Below, piece after piece: positions 61,734 through 64,000 of a DNA stretch of 64,000 nt. A program made the position numbers and the translations under genes. A model generated the notes under the pieces. The model was not told the DNA's origin. It saw only the letters and a list, made by a program, of their open reading frames with translations, and searched no databases. The DNA is taken from NCBI GenBank assembly GCA_001599295.1, contig BCGN01000008.1, positions 434,001 through 498,000 on the forward strand. The letters run 5' to 3'. The number at the start of each line of letters is the position of its first letter. The first letter of the stretch is position 1. The stretch is from Sporopachydermia quercuum (taxonomy: Eukaryota).

Positions 61734-62056
61734 ACGCGGTATTGTAGATTATATGGTCAATATTCGAATTATTTTTCACTTATACACACGGGAACTATGA
61801 CTGTTAATATCTAAATACTGAAATAATGAAACATACAATAATTGGGATGAATCGACGTGGGAGTCATTTTGACTACTTCAAGGACAAGCTTTTCACTGAT
61901 AGAACAATCAGATAAGCCATATGATGATGATTAAAATAACAATGGCAAAGCAATACATAAACAATTAATCAATTTCCAATGAATCAATGCCGCTTTAAGT
62001 CAAATTGAAACGATATATTGATTGATAAACAACTTGATTGCATCAAATCGCCTATA

Positions 62057-64000
62057 TTATAAATCATCAAATGCCGCTACTTCACTTACTACCTTCCTCT
62101 TTTTACTTTTCACCAATTCCTTCCAGTCAACTTGTACATTTACTTCGTCGCTCTCACTATCACTATCCTTAGCATTGGCTTTCTCAATAGCAGCCCTTTT
62201 ATTGGCTCTCTTTTCTTTTCGTTCTTGTCTTAATTCCTTTCTAGAGATTCTAGAACTCCATGAATTAATATCATTCTTATACTTTTTCTCGGCAGGTGCA
62301 GTAGCAACTTGTTCTTTGTACGTCTCTTGCTTCTTTAGTCTATCTTTTTCTGCTTTCGCATCAACATATGAATACGTATCCCAATCTACTGGTTCACCAA
62401 CCCATCCATCCGTCAGCAGAGAGTTTTGCTTGTTGTCAAAATGTTGCTTCAGCTCTGGCATTTTTGGTAGCTTTATCACACCATACAATTTAGCAATGCT
62501 AAGAAAATCTAATGACGCAACACGAAATATGGATGTTGCTGAATGTTTAGAGTAGTACCTGACATAAGATACATAACATCTTACAGCTTGATCATGATGA
62601 GCACGATCAGCTAACATCCATTTCCTCAATTTCTGCTCATGTTTGGCGAGAATATCTTCAGAGACGTTATTTTTTATCTGTTGCATTCTAACCTTCTTTA
62701 CCTCCATGAAATCAACATAATCTTCCTCCCTGCCTTCAGAAAGAAAAACGATGGCTGAACCAGTTTTATTTGCTCTTGCTGTTCTACCACAACGATGTAG
62801 AAACACTTCAGGGATTGTAGGTGGATCTAACTGAATGACCAAATCAACATCAGCAACATCAATGCCTCTTGATGCTACGTCAGTTGTTAGTAAGACACAT
62901 TTGTCTATCTGCGACGCAAAGTTATCCAATGTTTTAATTCTTGTTTTAGTTGGAAGTTTACCATACAATGACATTAGTCTATACGGTATTTCATGCCTCT
63001 TATATTGCTGTTGAAGTAAGTGGTTTATGAGTGCATAAAAAAATGCAACAGAAACTCCTGTTGGTAAATAAGCAATGCATTTGCGGAAATCCGATGCTCC
63101 TAACAACTCCATCAACTTCAATACTTTAGTCTCAGGTTTCATAACAATATATGATATATCTAAAGATGTAGGAACTGCGCTTTGTTCATTACCTGTTTTT
63201 GCACCAACTTTCACAACAATTTTCATTGGATTTGTCATACCAGTTTTAAAGATTGAATCACCAGCGCTCTGAATTGTAGCAGAAAACAATCCCAATCTTC
63301 TCTGCTTAGGTAGAAATTTCAGTATTTTACCAATATCTACTTGTAGACTGAAATCTAACAGTTTATCAGCTTCATCAAAAACAATCATTTCACATGAGTT
63401 TGTTTTAACAAAGTTTACTTTTGATAAGAATTCTAGTAATCTACCCGGTGTCGCTATAATGATCTGTGGCCTGATACGTAAGAACTTCTTCAAATCTTCA
63501 TGAGTTTGAGTCAAAGCTCCAACCAGCACTTGAGTCTTTATTTTAAAAACAGGGTCTCTTCTAGTTTTGGATTCTCTTTCCTCATCAGATTCATCATTTT
63601 CATCTCCGCTCTCACTATCAGATTCATCATCAGTATCGCTTTCGTTGTTCTCGATATCGTCTTGATGATATGCTATGAAATTCCTTATAACGTTGTCTAT
63701 TTGTATTGCTAATTCACGCGTTGGAGCAACAATAATAGAAAACATATGACCTTTCGGAAGCACAAGTTGATTTAAATTGATTTTTGATAAATCTGTTCCG
63801 GCTTCTTTTTCTTCCGCCAACTTCGTTCTGTATAACTTTGATAGTTTCTCAAGAATAGGAATAACATATGCTATTGTCTTGCCGGACCCAGTGACAGCCT
63901 ATAAATATGTTAGATCATTATGGACCATGATTCACAAAGCTTTGTGATATTAAAATTAACATCTCCTTACCTCTACCACCACATCTTTGTTTCCGCAGAA
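62057..64000 (-). CDS. SPB4: DEAD-box RNA helicase for 60S biogenesis (5' end outside the window); intron 63970-63899
   Basis: Spliced GNKDVVVE|AVTGSGKT, PTRELA, TPGRL, DEAD, LPKQRRLGLFSAT, HRCGRTAR, YSKHSATSIFR. Confidence 0.92.

Noticed and set aside
1..64000. Alternative CUG decoding; tRNA, rRNA, snRNA genes; CRISPR or other prokaryotic systems
   Set aside because: CTG sits at Leu/hydrophobic positions where I could check; no tRNA A/B-box cloverleaf, U1/U2/U4/U5/U6 signature or repeat-spacer array was seen; the sequence is eukaryotic.

Overview
AT-rich, gene-dense eukaryotic DNA from a budding yeast (Saccharomycotina). The lineage is probably early-diverging rather than Saccharomycetaceae or CUG clade: I could reconstruct 13 spliceosomal introns with degenerate branch points, a NDUFAF7/MidA gene is present, and CTG appears to encode Leu at a conserved position. 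About 27 protein-coding genes, mostly housekeeping: a CPMO-type Baeyer-Villiger monooxygenase (partial, missed by the ORF track), ASNSD1-like, VPS9, NGL-family nuclease, a divergent YCP4/PST2 pair, MIX14, GPI19, DAD1, an atypical Rho GTPase, RPS21 (missed by the track), KCS1, PPZ1, PPM1, NDUFAF7, TRM9, GPI17, TAF11, AXL1-like, CTK3, eIF1A, a NIPA transporter, a polyol dehydrogenase, MIX23, BNA2, a PQ-loop protein, ULA1 and SPB4 (partial). No tRNA, rRNA, CRISPR array or intact transposon was recognised. Most interesting: (1) a Rho GTPase with Rnd-like loss of catalytic residues; (2) a 2.4-kb non-coding gap with an Sm-site/5'-splice-site signature and stem-loops, a speculative telomerase-RNA-like ncRNA; (3) a 9-nt microexon in eIF1A with duplicated donor contexts; (4) five Yap1-type elements in the shared YCP4/PST2 promoter. 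All product calls come from motif recognition by eye; no database search was run.
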